Positions 38,995 to 49,567 of a stretch of DNA of 62,891 nt are shown piece after piece. Under the pieces are notes generated by a model that searched no databases, had not been told where the DNA came from, and saw only the letters and a program-made list of their open reading frames with translations. A program made the translations under genes and the position numbers. Location of the stretch: assembly GCA_049517335.1 (NCBI GenBank), contig JBEKSD010000007.1:1-62891 (forward strand), read 5' to 3'. The stretch comes from Candidatus Omnitrophota bacterium (GTDB lineage Bacteria; Omnitrophota; Gorgyraeia; Gygaellales; Profunditerraquicolaceae). Position 1 is the first letter of the stretch, and each line of letters starts with the position of its first letter.

Positions 38995-40716
38995 ATGGAT
39001 ATTAATATTCTACGACATTCATGTTCGCATGTTTTGGCTCAAGCCGTAAAGGAATTATGGCCTGAGGCCAAGCTTGGCATCGGCCCGGCAATAGAAGACG
39101 GCTTTTATTATGATTTTGAGAAGAAGGAGCCGTTTTCCGACGAGGATTTATCTTCTATTGAAAAGAAGATGCAGGAGATTATCAGGAAGAATGAGCCGTT
39201 TATCCGGGAAGAATTAATTAGAGCGGATGCACTTGAACTTTTTAAAAAGTTAAACGAACCATACAAACAGGAATTAATTAAAGCGCTATCCGACTCAGAG
39301 GCGATTTCTATTTATAAAACGGGAAACAGCTTTATTGATTTATGCCGCGGCCCGCATGTAAAATCGAGCGGGGAGATTAAGGCTTTTAAATTACTTTCAG
39401 TTGCCGGAGCATATTGGCACGGCATTGAAACCAACCCCATGCTTCAAAGGATCTACGGGACCTGTTTTGAAACGCAGAAAGAATTAGACGCTCACCTAAA
39501 GAACCTTGAAGAAGCAAAGAAAAGGGACCACAGGAAACTGGGGCCGCAATTAGAGCTCTTTGACATATATCATGAGATTGCCGGAGCAGGGCTTGTTTTT
39601 TATCATCCCAAAGGAGCGCTTCTTAGAAAGATAATTGAGGATTATGAGAAAGAAGAACACTTGAGGCGGGGTTACCAGATCGTTACCACGCCGCATATTA
39701 TGGATTCTCTTCTTTGGAAAACAAGCGGGCATTATGATTATTACAAAGAGAATATGTACATATTGGACATCGAAGGTAAAGAATTCGTGCTAAAACCGAT
39801 GAACTGCCCAGGGCATATTCTGATTTATAAATCAAAGACCAGAAGCTACAAAGACCTTCCTATCAGGTATTTTGAGTTAGGCACAGTTTATCGCCATGAA
39901 AAGGCAGGCGTCTTGCATGGGCTATTACGCGTGCGGGGATTTACTCAGGACGATGCCCACATATTTTGTCTTCCGGAGCAGCTCAAAGATGAGATAAAGT
40001 CGGTTATTGATTTTGTTTTTGATACGATGAAAACGTTTGGCTTTGAGGATGTCAGTATTGAATTAAGTACACGGCCGGAAAAGTCAATTGGCTCGGATGA
40101 AGACTGGCAGAAGGCCACAGCCGCGCTTGAAGAATCATTAAAAGAAAAAGGTCTTAAATACGATGTTAATCCCGGGGACGGGGCTTTTTACGGCCCTAAG
40201 ATTGACATAAAATTAAAAGATGCTTTGAAAAGATCATGGCAGTGCGCCACAATACAATGCGATTTCTCTTTGCCAAAAAGGTTCAATCTTTCTTATGTTG
40301 ATTCCGATGGTAAAGAGAAACAGCCAATAATGCTGCACAGGGTATTATTGGGAAGCGTGGAGCGTTTTATCGGCGCGCTCATCGAGCATTATAATGGAGA
40401 ACTGCCATTATGGCTGGCTCCGGTACAGGTTTTAATCATACCCATTAAAGACACAGTGCGCGAATATGCCTTGAAAGTTACAAAGGAGCTTCAATCGCAG
40501 GGTGTGCGGGTTGAGATTGATAATCGCAATGAAACTTTGGATAAGAGAATAAGAAATGCAGAGCTCGAGAAAATCCCTTATACGTTAATTATCGGAGAAC
40601 GCGAAGCAAAAGCAGAAAGCGTTGCGGTCAGGATTAAGGGTAAAGGTGATTCCGGCGTAAAGTTACTGGCGGAATTTGTAAAGGGAATAAAGGGAAGGAT
40701 AATAGAAAAACAATAG
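38995..40716 (+). CDS. thrS: Threonyl-tRNA synthetase (no N-terminal TGS domain)
   Basis: Start reset to ATG 38995 because the track start overlaps tRNA-Val. LRHSCSH, DLCRGPH, KPMNCPGH. Confidence 0.96.
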   Translation: MDINILRHSCSHVLAQAVKELWPEAKLGIGPAIEDGFYYDFEKKEPFSDEDLSSIEKKMQEIIRKNEPFIREELIRADALELFKKLNEPYKQELIKALSDSEAISIYKTGNSFIDLCRGPHVKSSGEIKAFKLLSVAGAYWHGIETNPMLQRIYGTCFETQKELDAHLKNLEEAKKRDHRKLGPQLELFDIYHEIAGAGLVFYHPKGALLRKIIEDYEKEEHLRRGYQIVTTPHIMDSLLWKTSGHYDYYKENMYILDIEGKEFVLKPMNCPGHILIYKSKTRSYKDLPIRYFELGTVYRHEKAGVLHGLLRVRGFTQDDAHIFCLPEQLKDEIKSVIDFVFDTMKTFGFEDVSIELSTRPEKSIGSDEDWQKATAALEESLKEKGLKYDVNPGDGAFYGPKIDIKLKDALKRSWQCATIQCDFSLPKRFNLSYVDSDGKEKQPIMLHRVLLGSVERFIGALIEHYNGELPLWLAPVQVLIIPIKDTVREYALKVTKELQSQGVRVEIDNRNETLDKRIRNAELEKIPYTLIIGEREAKAESVAVRIKGKGDSGVKLLAEFVKGIKGRIIEKQ

Positions 40717-40776
40717 CCTATCGTATACGGGGAAACGGTTAACGGCATGCGGTAAGCAAAATCAGGGAGGTGTGCT

Positions 40777-41283
40777 ATAAAAAAGTTTATCAGAGTCAAT
40801 GACAGGATTCGCGTTCCGCAGGTCCGCCTTATCGGGCCCGACGGAGGCCAATTGGGGGTGGTTACAATTCAAAAGGCACTTGAGCTGGCCAATCAGCATG
40901 AACTGGATTTAGTTGAAGTTGCCGCAAACGCTGCTCCCCCGGTATGCAGGATTATTGATTTCAGTAAATTTAAGTATGATCAGGAAAAAAAAGAACGCGA
41001 AGCAAAGAAGCACCAAAAACAGACCAAACTAAAAGAGATCCGCCTCAAGCCCAATATCGACAACCATGATTATGCGACGAAGGTCAGGCAGGCAGCTACG
41101 TTCCTGAAAAAACAGGACAAAGTTAAGGTTAACATGTTTTTCAGGGGTAGGCAAATGGAACATCTGGATTTGGGCCGGAAGGTTCTGGATAGATTTATAA
41201 CCGATACGCAGACTGAGGGACAGCTGGAAAAACCGCCGGTTTTAGAAGGTAAAATCATGTCTTTCGTAATCGGCCCAAAATAA
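40777..41283 (+). CDS. infC: Translation initiation factor IF-3, non-canonical ATA start
   Basis: GGAGG at 40766-40770, then ATA at 40777, in frame: (M)KKFIRVNDRIRVPQVRLI. Confidence 0.92.
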   Translation: MKKFIRVNDRIRVPQVRLIGPDGGQLGVVTIQKALELANQHELDLVEVAANAAPPVCRIIDFSKFKYDQEKKEREAKKHQKQTKLKEIRLKPNIDNHDYATKVRQAATFLKKQDKVKVNMFFRGRQMEHLDLGRKVLDRFITDTQTEGQLEKPPVLEGKIMSFVIGPK

Positions 41284-41309
41284 TAAGTATTAATAAGGAG
41301 CAGGAATCC

Positions 41310-41510
41310 ATGGCCAAGTTAAAAACAAAAAAAGGGGTTGCAAAAAGGTTCAAGCTTACTAAAAGTAAGAAAATTAAATATCAGGCTTGCGGAAAATCGC
41401 ACCTGGGCACGAATAAAAAAACAAAAAGGCTGCGGAAATTACGCAAGTCGCATTATATTCACAAGAGAAAAGAAAAGGCATTTATTAAAAGTATGCTACC
41501 GTATGGTTAA
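41310..41510 (+). CDS. rpmI: 50S ribosomal protein L35
   Basis: MAKLKTKKGVAKRFK. Confidence 0.95.
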   Translation: MAKLKTKKGVAKRFKLTKSKKIKYQACGKSHLGTNKKTKRLRKLRKSHYIHKRKEKAFIKSMLPYG

Positions 41511-41527
41511 AAAGGAGTGCAGTAAAA

Positions 41528-41875
41528 ATGGCAAAAATCAAACATAGCGCGGCAACGCGAAGAAGAAAAAAGAGAGTATTAAAGAAAGCAAAGGGGTTTT
41601 TTGGCGACAGGAGTAAGCAATTTCAGCAGGCGCGCCGCGCGCTAATGCATGCGCTTGTTTATTCCTACCGCGACAGGCGTAACAAAAAAAGGGTGTTCCG
41701 TGCCCTTTGGATTACGCGTATTAATGCCGCCTGCCGTCAGGAAGGCATTACCTATAGCGTGTTCATGAATGGTTTAAAGAAGGCCAAGGTTGCCATAGAC
41801 AGGAAGATGCTTGCGGAGCTGGCTGTAAATGACGCGCCGGCTTTTAAAAAGTTAGTGCAGTTAGTTAAGAAATAA
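41528..41875 (+). CDS. rplT: 50S ribosomal protein L20
   Basis: AKGFFG, YRDRR, LWITRINAA. Confidence 0.97.
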   Translation: MAKIKHSAATRRRKKRVLKKAKGFFGDRSKQFQQARRALMHALVYSYRDRRNKKRVFRALWITRINAACRQEGITYSVFMNGLKKAKVAIDRKMLAELAVNDAPAFKKLVQLVKK

Positions 41876-41896
41876 TTAACGCCTATAAGCAAACAC

Positions 41897-42910
41897 ATGG
41901 ATATTGAGCAAATTAAAACGCAGATAGAAAGGGAACTTGCGAATATCGGCTCTCTGCAGGCGCTGGAAGAATTTCGCCTGAAATACCTTTCCAGAAAAGG
42001 CTTGATAGCTCAGCTTACGGGGAATATCCCTGCCTTAGCGCCTCAGGAACGCGCTTCTTTCGGCCAGCAGGTTAATGCTTTAAAACAAAAGGTACTGGCT
42101 CTGGTTGAAGAAAAAGAAAGGACTTTAACCCCGGTTCAGGGCCTGAAAAATGAGCTCATCCCAGACATCAGTATGCCCGGCATAGCAAGCGAGCTTGGCC
42201 AGCTGCATCCAATCACCCAAATCATCAATCAGGTCTGCGGTATATTTAACCGTATGGGTTTTGTGGTTATGGAAGGCCCGGAAATTGAAACGGAATTTAA
42301 TAATTTTACCGGGCTGAATATCCCGTTAGAGCATCCTTCGCGCGATGCCTTTGATACATTTTACCTAACAGGCTATAACAAGCTACTTTTACGCAGCCAC
42401 ACTTCTCCTGTCCAGGTGCGCTCAATGAAAAACCGTAAGGCGCCACTTGCGATAGTGGTTCCGGGCAGGGTATACCGTCCGGATGCAGTGGATGCCAGCC
42501 ATTTGTTTATGTTTCATCAGGTTGAAGGGTTTATTGTTGATACGAATATAACTTTCGCGCATTTAAAAGGAGTGTTAGAGTTTTTTGCCAAAGAGATTTT
42601 CGGCAAAGATATAAAGATGCGCTTCAGGCCTCATTTTTTTCCTTTTACCGAGCCTTCCGCTGAGGTGGATATTTCCTGCATTATCTGTAAGGGCAAGGGC
42701 TGCTCTGTTTGCGGCAGGAAAGGCTGGCTTGAGATACTCGGCTCAGGCATGATTCATCCCAATGTCTTTAAGCACGTGGGAATTGACCATAAAAAATATA
42801 CCGGTTTTGCTTTTGGCATGGGCATTGAGAGGATTGCCATGCTTAAATACGGGATTAATGATATCCGCTTATTTTTTGAGAACGACTTAAGGTTTTTAAA
42901 ACAATTCTAA
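41897..42910 (+). CDS. pheS: Phenylalanyl-tRNA synthetase alpha subunit
   Basis: HPSRD, LRSHTSPVQ, FPFTEPS, GFAFGMG. Confidence 0.97.
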   Translation: MDIEQIKTQIERELANIGSLQALEEFRLKYLSRKGLIAQLTGNIPALAPQERASFGQQVNALKQKVLALVEEKERTLTPVQGLKNELIPDISMPGIASELGQLHPITQIINQVCGIFNRMGFVVMEGPEIETEFNNFTGLNIPLEHPSRDAFDTFYLTGYNKLLLRSHTSPVQVRSMKNRKAPLAIVVPGRVYRPDAVDASHLFMFHQVEGFIVDTNITFAHLKGVLEFFAKEIFGKDIKMRFRPHFFPFTEPSAEVDISCIICKGKGCSVCGRKGWLEILGSGMIHPNVFKHVGIDHKKYTGFAFGMGIERIAMLKYGINDIRLFFENDLRFLKQF

Positions 42911-44938
42911 ATGAAAGTTACCTATAATTGGTTAAAAGAATTCGTTGCCATTAAGATTCCGCCGCAAAAGCTTAGCCATAAACTTACCATGGCCGGGCTT
43001 GAGGTTGTTTCTTTAGAGGAAAAAGAAGGGGATTTTATTTTTGAGATTGAGGTTACCTCTAACCGCCCGGATTGGTTGAGCGTAAAAGGTATTGCCAGGG
43101 AAGTAGCGGCGATTATGGGTTTAAGGCTTAAGGCGCAAAGCTTAGCGGCTAAGTGTAAGACCAGGGATAATTCCAAAGAAAAATTAAATATAAAAATACA
43201 AGATAAAAAAGACTGCCCTTTATATTCCGCTAAAATAATTAAAGATGTAAAAGTGGGCCCCTCGCCGGAATGGTTGAGGAAAAGATTGGAGCTCGTCGGC
43301 TGCCGTAGCGTCAATAATATCGTGGACATCACCAATTACGTTTTATTTGAAACCGGGCAACCCCTGCATGCTTTTGATCTGGATAAAATAAGCGGGGAAA
43401 CTATCTTTGTGCGCAGGGCCAGGGAAGGTGAGCGTTTGGTTACTATTGATGCGCAAGAGAAAAAATTGAATCGGGAAATCTTGGTTATTGCGGATAAGGA
43501 AAAAGTATTGGCTTTGGCAGGGCTAATGGGCGGCAAGGATAGCGAAGTAACCGGCTCAACTAAGAATATCCTTCTTGAGGCAGCGGTATTTGACCCTGTT
43601 TTGATACGCCGCAGCAGAAAGAGCGTATCTCTTGATAGCGATTCGTCGTACCGTTTTGAAAGAGGAATAAACGCTAAAGGGCTAGAGCCGTCTTCATTGC
43701 GCGCAAGCAATTTAATTGAAGAACTGGCAGGCGGAAAAACCGTTTTACTAAAAAGCTCAAAATACGTTTTCTTTAAAGGCAAGACAATTGCTCTTGATCT
43801 GAATAAAGTTTCCAGAGTATTGGGGCAGAATGTCCCCCAGCCTAAGATAAAACAGATTTTGCAGCTTCTGGATTTTAAGCTAAAGACAGGCGCAGACAGC
43901 AAGATAATTGTTACAGTGCCGTCATTCAGGCGGGATATTCTTTTGGAAGAAGACCTTATTGAAGAGGTTGCCCGTATTTATGGCTTTGAACTGATTAAGG
44001 AAAATCTGCCCGCAGTTAAACCGCAGGTTACCCTTGATAAAACAAGAGAGATAGTCTCCGTTATCAAAGATATTCTCATTGGCTTAGGGTTCTCTGAAGC
44101 GATAAGCTATAGCCTGATTGACCGACAGCTTTTAAAGAATTTTAATATAGATGATTCCTTGTGCGTTGAGGTGCTTAATCCTTTAAGCAGGGAGCAGGAA
44201 GTGCTCCGGCCGACATTGATCCCGAATTTAAGCCGTGTAGTTTCATATAACCTGAACCAAAAGCAGGATTATCTGAATATTTTTGAGGCGGCCAAGAGGT
44301 TTGTCAAAGGCCCGGACAGCCCCAGAGAAGAGTTAATGTTGGCTTTGGCAGTGTGCGGCAGAAAACCCATGCTTCTTAACCACGGACTGGTCAAGGATGA
44401 TGCAGGGATTTTGAATTTGAAGGGTGCATTAGAGACAATCTTCAGGAAATTAGGCATTCAGGAATATTCTTTTGAGAATAAAGAAGGGAAAGTTTCCGTC
44501 TCAGTCAACGGCGAAAATATCGGGTCGCTTGCGCAGTTAGACAGAAGCGCCTTAGAGAAATTAGATATAAAAAATAAAGCAGTCTTTGCTGCGGAGATAT
44601 CGCTTGAAAAGCTCATCCCGCATGTTAATGCGGAGAAAAAATTTGAGTCTCTCCCCAGATACCCTGCGATTAGCCGCGATATCAGCTTTGTTTTGAAGGA
44701 AGATATCCTGATAAGGGATATAATTAATTGCATAGGGGATAAAGGTGGGGTATTGCTGCGTAAAATAGAAGTTGCGGACTATTATCAGGGTAAACAGATT
44801 CCTTCAGGGTACCGGGGCCTGACACTTTCATGTCTTTACCGCTCTGACGAACGGACGTTAACCGAGTCAGAAGTTAATCCCGTACACTCGGAAGTTTTGG
44901 CTACGCTGGTTTCGCGTTTTGGCGTCAAAACCCGCTAA
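42911..44938 (+). CDS. pheT: Phenylalanyl-tRNA synthetase beta subunit (short form, no OB-fold B2 insert)
   Basis: MKVTYNWL, TSNRPD, RFERG, EEVARIYG; 675 aa. Confidence 0.95.
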   Translation: MKVTYNWLKEFVAIKIPPQKLSHKLTMAGLEVVSLEEKEGDFIFEIEVTSNRPDWLSVKGIAREVAAIMGLRLKAQSLAAKCKTRDNSKEKLNIKIQDKKDCPLYSAKIIKDVKVGPSPEWLRKRLELVGCRSVNNIVDITNYVLFETGQPLHAFDLDKISGETIFVRRAREGERLVTIDAQEKKLNREILVIADKEKVLALAGLMGGKDSEVTGSTKNILLEAAVFDPVLIRRSRKSVSLDSDSSYRFERGINAKGLEPSSLRASNLIEELAGGKTVLLKSSKYVFFKGKTIALDLNKVSRVLGQNVPQPKIKQILQLLDFKLKTGADSKIIVTVPSFRRDILLEEDLIEEVARIYGFELIKENLPAVKPQVTLDKTREIVSVIKDILIGLGFSEAISYSLIDRQLLKNFNIDDSLCVEVLNPLSREQEVLRPTLIPNLSRVVSYNLNQKQDYLNIFEAAKRFVKGPDSPREELMLALAVCGRKPMLLNHGLVKDDAGILNLKGALETIFRKLGIQEYSFENKEGKVSVSVNGENIGSLAQLDRSALEKLDIKNKAVFAAEISLEKLIPHVNAEKKFESLPRYPAISRDISFVLKEDILIRDIINCIGDKGGVLLRKIEVADYYQGKQIPSGYRGLTLSCLYRSDERTLTESEVNPVHSEVLATLVSRFGVKTR

Positions 44939-44982
44939 AAATGTGCTATACTTTTCTTACGAGGAAAAGAGACGTTTTTAAA

Positions 44983-45136
44983 TATCCCTGCGGTGCGCGT
45001 TGGATAAGCTGATAATTGTTGAACCAACACCAACAATAAGGGAGCCCGCGATTCTTTAGGTACCTCGGTACTTAAGATAGGGCACCCACTTAGAAGCGAA
45101 TGGTTCAAAATATCGTTCCAACGGCACTCGCGGGGT
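44983..45136 (+). ncRNA. ssrS: 6S RNA
   Basis: Closing stem tccctgcggtgc-gcgttgga / tccaacg-gcactcgcggggt; inner tgaacca / tggttca pairing around a central bubble; follows pheT. Ends approximate. Confidence 0.85.
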
Positions 45137-45155
45137 TTTTTATATTGAGGTCATA

Positions 45156-46499
45156 ATGGATTTGTTTAAAGAAGAGGGTAGCAATAATTTAAAAGACTCG
45201 CCCCTGGCAATGCGCATGCGGCCGCAGTCTCTGGATGAATTCATCGGGCAGGAGCATATCTTGGGTAAGGGTAAACTCCTGCGCCGGGCCATTGAAGCTG
45301 ACCGGATCAGTTCAGCTATTCTTTTCGGTCCGCCCGGGGTAGGAAAGACTTCTTTAGCCGGCTGCATTGCCGTAATGACAAAATCATATTTTTCTCCCAT
45401 TAACGCCACTACTTCCAACGTTGAAGAACTAAGGAAGATTATCGCCTCCGCCAAGCTTAAGAAAAACAATACGAACCGCAAAACCATACTTTTTATTGAC
45501 GAAATCCACCGTTTTAATAAAACCCAGCAGGATGTCTTATTGCCCGATATAGAAGAAGGAAATCCTGTTTTAATCGGAGCAACCGTGCATAATCCGTATT
45601 TTTCCATTGCCTCTCCTCTTCTTTCGCGTTCCCTTGTCTGCGAGCTGAAAGCCTTAAAAGAAAAAGACATCGCGCAGATTTTGGATGCGGCGCTTAAAGA
45701 TAAAACGAGGGGTTTCGGAAATTTAAAAGTTAAAGTATCGCCGCCTGCTTTAAGTTTTTTGAGCAAGACCTGCGAAGGAGATGCGCGCAGGGCGTTGAAT
45801 GCGCTAGAAGTAGGAGTCCTTACTACGCCTAAAGATAAAGATGGTTTTATTAATTTTGACCTCAATGTCGCAGAAGAGTCTATCCAGAAGAAAGCGGTTG
45901 TCTATGACCACGACGAAGACGCGCATTATGATACAGCTTCCGCTTTCATAAAATCCATGCGCGGCTCAGACCCCGACGCGGCTTTATATTGGCTGGCAAA
46001 GATGCTTTATGCCGGAGAAGACGTGCGTTTTATTGCGCGCAGGATTTGCATATTGGCCGCAGAGGACGTGGGGAATGCCGATCCGTTGGCTTTGGTGTTG
46101 GCGAATGCGGCACTGGCGGTCTGCGAATTTGTAGGCATGCCTGAAGCAAGAATCCCGCTTGCGCAAGCGGTAGTTTATGTTTCCTGCGCGCCAAAATCCA
46201 ACGCCAGCTATCTGGCGATTGAAAAGGCATATAAAGATATTGAAAGCGGCAGGGTGCAGGAAGTCCCCGACCACCTTAAAGACACGCATTATAAGGGCGC
46301 GGAAGCCTTGGGCCATGGGAAAGGCTATAAGTATGCCCATGATTACCCGGGTGGCTTTGTTAAGCAAAAATACCTGCCTAAAAAAGTCCGGTACTATGAA
46401 CCGACGGGTATAGGCTATGAGGCAAAGATTAAAGAACGTATGGAGAAATTAGCCGCCGGTAGCGGGAAAGGGAAAAGCGATAAACAAAGGAGCCTTTAG
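45156..46499 (+). CDS. rarA: Replication-associated recombination protein A (RarA/MgsA)
   Basis: PLAMRMRP, GPPGVGKT, DEIHRFNK, KSMRGSDPDAA. Confidence 0.96.
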   Translation: MDLFKEEGSNNLKDSPLAMRMRPQSLDEFIGQEHILGKGKLLRRAIEADRISSAILFGPPGVGKTSLAGCIAVMTKSYFSPINATTSNVEELRKIIASAKLKKNNTNRKTILFIDEIHRFNKTQQDVLLPDIEEGNPVLIGATVHNPYFSIASPLLSRSLVCELKALKEKDIAQILDAALKDKTRGFGNLKVKVSPPALSFLSKTCEGDARRALNALEVGVLTTPKDKDGFINFDLNVAEESIQKKAVVYDHDEDAHYDTASAFIKSMRGSDPDAALYWLAKMLYAGEDVRFIARRICILAAEDVGNADPLALVLANAALAVCEFVGMPEARIPLAQAVVYVSCAPKSNASYLAIEKAYKDIESGRVQEVPDHLKDTHYKGAEALGHGKGYKYAHDYPGGFVKQKYLPKKVRYYEPTGIGYEAKIKERMEKLAAGSGKGKSDKQRSL

Positions 46500-46505
46500 A
46501 TTAAT

Positions 46506-49500
46506 ATGCAGAATATGACGGTAATAATGTATGCGGTATTTTTTACGGGGGTAGCTTTGGTTATTTATGCTCTCATTGGCATGGCTTTACCTGAAGCGGA
46601 GAAGAAAACAAAGAATAAAAAAGCACCCCAGCCTTACGCAGGAGGGGATCTTTCCAAAGAGGCAGGGCAAGATCAGGATGAGCGGATAGCAGCTTTGCAA
46701 AAAGAACTGGAGCAGGCAAAATACGAATATGCCGCGCTGCAAGAGAGGTTTAATTCCGTCGGAAGCACAGAAGAGAAGTTAAAGGAAGAAATTCAGCGCA
46801 GAGAAGAGTGGCTTAAGAAGTCCGAGGAGATGCTGGATAAAGTTAAAGCAGAAAATACCGAGTTAAGAAATAAGTTCAACCTACGGGAGGAGAACTCACA
46901 GGATGAGTTCAGCAAGAGCATAGACTTAACCAGGCAACTGCAGGAAGCTAACCTTAAGATTCAGGAATTAGACAGCGCCCTAAAAGGGCAATCCGACACA
47001 ATTGAAACGCAGAAACACCAGATAGAAAAATACATACAGGAGATTAAGGAACAGAAAGACAGTATCCATGCTTTTAAAAAACGGGAGCAGGAAAGTGAAT
47101 GGATACCAAAGGCGGAATTTAACAAATTAAATGAGGAATATACGGAATTGGAAAAGGAAATTGAGGCCGATGAAGAGAAACTGCGTTCGCTTGTTGAGGA
47201 ACTCATTGACTTAAAGGGTAAATTGGTGACTGGGATTAGGGTGCATGATTTAGAAGCCCCGGCCACGGAAGTAGCGGTGCTTCAGGAATCAGCCGTTCCT
47301 GTGGAGCAGCCTACGGAGCAAATAAAAGAAGAGATAAAAGAAAAAGAAGAAATAAAGGAAGAGGTACAGGAAGAAAAAAAAGACAAGACGGAAAAAAAAG
47401 AGCCAGTAGCTATCCCCGAGCCCAAATTCGCCCTTGATAAAACCCGTAATATAGGAATTATAGCGCATATTGACGCAGGTAAAACTACGCTTTCGGAAAG
47501 AATTCTTTTTTATACTGGGAAGTCGCATAAAATCGGGGAGGTACATGAAGGCAAAGCGACTATGGACTGGATGAAGCAGGAGCAGGAAAGAGGAATTACC
47601 ATTACCGCAGCTGCCACCACTTGTTTTTGGAAAGGTCACAAGATTAATCTTATTGACACCCCGGGGCACGTTGATTTTACGGTTGAAGTTGAGCGCAGCT
47701 TGCGTGTCTTAGACGGAGCGGTAGCGGTTTTCTGCGCCGTGGGTGGAGTTGAACCGCAGTCGGAGACGGTGTGGCACCAGTCTGATAAATACAATGTGCC
47801 TAAAATAGCTTTTATAAATAAGATGGACCGCACGGGCGCGGATTTCTTCGGGGTGTTAAAAGGCATTGAAGACCAGCTTGGCGGGCACACCATACCTTTA
47901 GAGATTCCGATCGGAGCAGAAGATCAGTTTAAAGGGGTAGTAGACTTATTGGAAATGAAGGCGTATTTTTACGAGGACGAATCTCAGGGTAAAGAATACC
48001 GGGTTGAAGATATTCCGCAGGATTTAATGAAAAGTGCCAAGCTCTATAGAAAGACATTAATTGAAAAGGCGGCCGCCTTTGACGAAGGGTTAACTAAAAA
48101 ATACCTTGAAGCCCCGGATTCCATTACTATCGAAGAATTAATTAAAGCAATACGCAGCGGGACAATCGCGAATAAGGCTGTTCCTGTTTTGTGCGGGGCG
48201 GCATTTAAGAATAAAGGAGTGCAAAAGCTACTGGACGCGGTTACTTTATTCCTGCCTTCCCCCAAAGATCTCCCGCTTGTAAAAGGGCATTCTCCGGACG
48301 ATGCGGAAAATGAGATCACCCGCAGTGCCGATTATAATGAGCCTCTGGCTGCGCTTGCTTTTAAGGTCCAGTCCGACCCGCATATGGGTAAACTCGTTTA
48401 TGCTCGGGTTTACTCGGGCGTGCTTTCCACAGGTACCTATATTTTAAATGCCACGAGAAATAAGAAAGAGAGAGTAGGCAGGATTGTACAGATGCACGCG
48501 AATCAACGCGAGAATATTGAATACGCTTATGCCGGGGATATCGTTGCGGTGGTCGGGCTTGGAGATACGATTACAGGGCATACCTTGTGTGATCCGGATA
48601 ACCCGGTCCTGCTTGAAGCCATAGAATTCCCGACACCGGTAGTTTCTTTGAGTATTACGCCAAAGACCCGTTCAGATCAGGATAAGTTAGGCAAAGCGCT
48701 TGCGCGGCTTAGCGATGAGGACCCGACCTTTCTGGTTAGTTCCGACGAAGAGACCAAAGAAACCCTTTTAGCCGGAATGGGAGAACTGCATTTGGAAATT
48801 ATCGTAGCCAGGCTAAAAGAAGAGTTTGGCGTTGAAGCTGTCGTGGGTCAGCCTAAGGTTGCATTTCGCGAAACGATTTTACAGGCAGCAGGCGGAGAGA
48901 ATAAATATGTTAAGCAAAGCGGCGGCCGCGGACAATATGGCCATGTAGTTTTGGAAGTTTCTCCGGTTCAGGCCGGAACAGGATTCCAGTTCGTAAACAG
49001 CATTAAGGGAGGGGCAATCCCGCAGTCATTTATACCGGCAATTGAAAAAGGCGTAATTGAGACATTGGCTAAAGGCGTTTTTGCCGGCTATCCGATAGTG
49101 GATATTAAGGTAAATGTAACCGACGGTTCATACCACGAAGTTGATTCTTCGGAGCTTGCTTTTAAGATCGCCGGGAGTATGGCATTCAAGGAGGCGTTTT
49201 TAAAAGCCCAGCCGGTTTTACTTGAACCAAGCATGTCATTAGAGGTAACAACGCCGGAGGAATATGTAAACGGGGCAGTAAGTTTTATCTGTTCGCATCG
49301 CGGGAAAATCCTGAATATTGATATGAAGGGCAAACAAAAAGTGGTTTCTGCGCAAGCGCCTTTGTCGGAGATGTTCGGCTATGTTACGGCATTCCGTTCT
49401 TTAAGCAGCGGCAGGGCGAATGCGGTGATGGAGTTTGATAAATACGTGCAGGTGCCGCAGGAAATCGCCCAGAAAATCTGCGAAGAACGCAAGAAAAAAG

Positions 49501-49517
49501 CCGAAGAAGAAAGATAG
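46506..49517 (+). CDS. fusA: Elongation factor G fused to N-terminal TM helix and coiled coil
   Basis: Uninterrupted 1003-aa ORF. EF-G begins near residue 310 ([40 protein letters not shown]). Confidence 0.93.
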   Translation: MQNMTVIMYAVFFTGVALVIYALIGMALPEAEKKTKNKKAPQPYAGGDLSKEAGQDQDERIAALQKELEQAKYEYAALQERFNSVGSTEEKLKEEIQRREEWLKKSEEMLDKVKAENTELRNKFNLREENSQDEFSKSIDLTRQLQEANLKIQELDSALKGQSDTIETQKHQIEKYIQEIKEQKDSIHAFKKREQESEWIPKAEFNKLNEEYTELEKEIEADEEKLRSLVEELIDLKGKLVTGIRVHDLEAPATEVAVLQESAVPVEQPTEQIKEEIKEKEEIKEEVQEEKKDKTEKKEPVAIPEPKFALDKTRNIGIIAHIDAGKTTLSERILFYTGKSHKIGEVHEGKATMDWMKQEQERGITITAAATTCFWKGHKINLIDTPGHVDFTVEVERSLRVLDGAVAVFCAVGGVEPQSETVWHQSDKYNVPKIAFINKMDRTGADFFGVLKGIEDQLGGHTIPLEIPIGAEDQFKGVVDLLEMKAYFYEDESQGKEYRVEDIPQDLMKSAKLYRKTLIEKAAAFDEGLTKKYLEAPDSITIEELIKAIRSGTIANKAVPVLCGAAFKNKGVQKLLDAVTLFLPSPKDLPLVKGHSPDDAENEITRSADYNEPLAALAFKVQSDPHMGKLVYARVYSGVLSTGTYILNATRNKKERVGRIVQMHANQRENIEYAYAGDIVAVVGLGDTITGHTLCDPDNPVLLEAIEFPTPVVSLSITPKTRSDQDKLGKALARLSDEDPTFLVSSDEETKETLLAGMGELHLEIIVARLKEEFGVEAVVGQPKVAFRETILQAAGGENKYVKQSGGRGQYGHVVLEVSPVQAGTGFQFVNSIKGGAIPQSFIPAIEKGVIETLAKGVFAGYPIVDIKVNVTDGSYHEVDSSELAFKIAGSMAFKEAFLKAQPVLLEPSMSLEVTTPEEYVNGAVSFICSHRGKILNIDMKGKQKVVSAQAPLSEMFGYVTAFRSLSSGRANAVMEFDKYVQVPQEIAQKICEERKKKAEEER

Positions 49518-49567
49518 CTTTAAGTTTTTAGCTTGTGGTAGGGTATAAACTGTGATAAAATTTTTAT

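Noticed and set aside
40717-40765. L20-leader or other structured RNA before infC
   Set aside because: Position is suggestive, but I could not establish a convincing fold by eye; it needs an Rfam/Infernal scan.
47330-47400. Purine-rich low-complexity tract as a tandem repeat element
   Set aside because: It is explained by the Glu/Lys-rich linker codons of the EF-G fusion.
46506-47430. EF-G extension as a separate gene joined by error
   Set aside because: There is no stop, frameshift signature or alternative start with RBS before the G domain. Kept as a fusion pending read-level checks.
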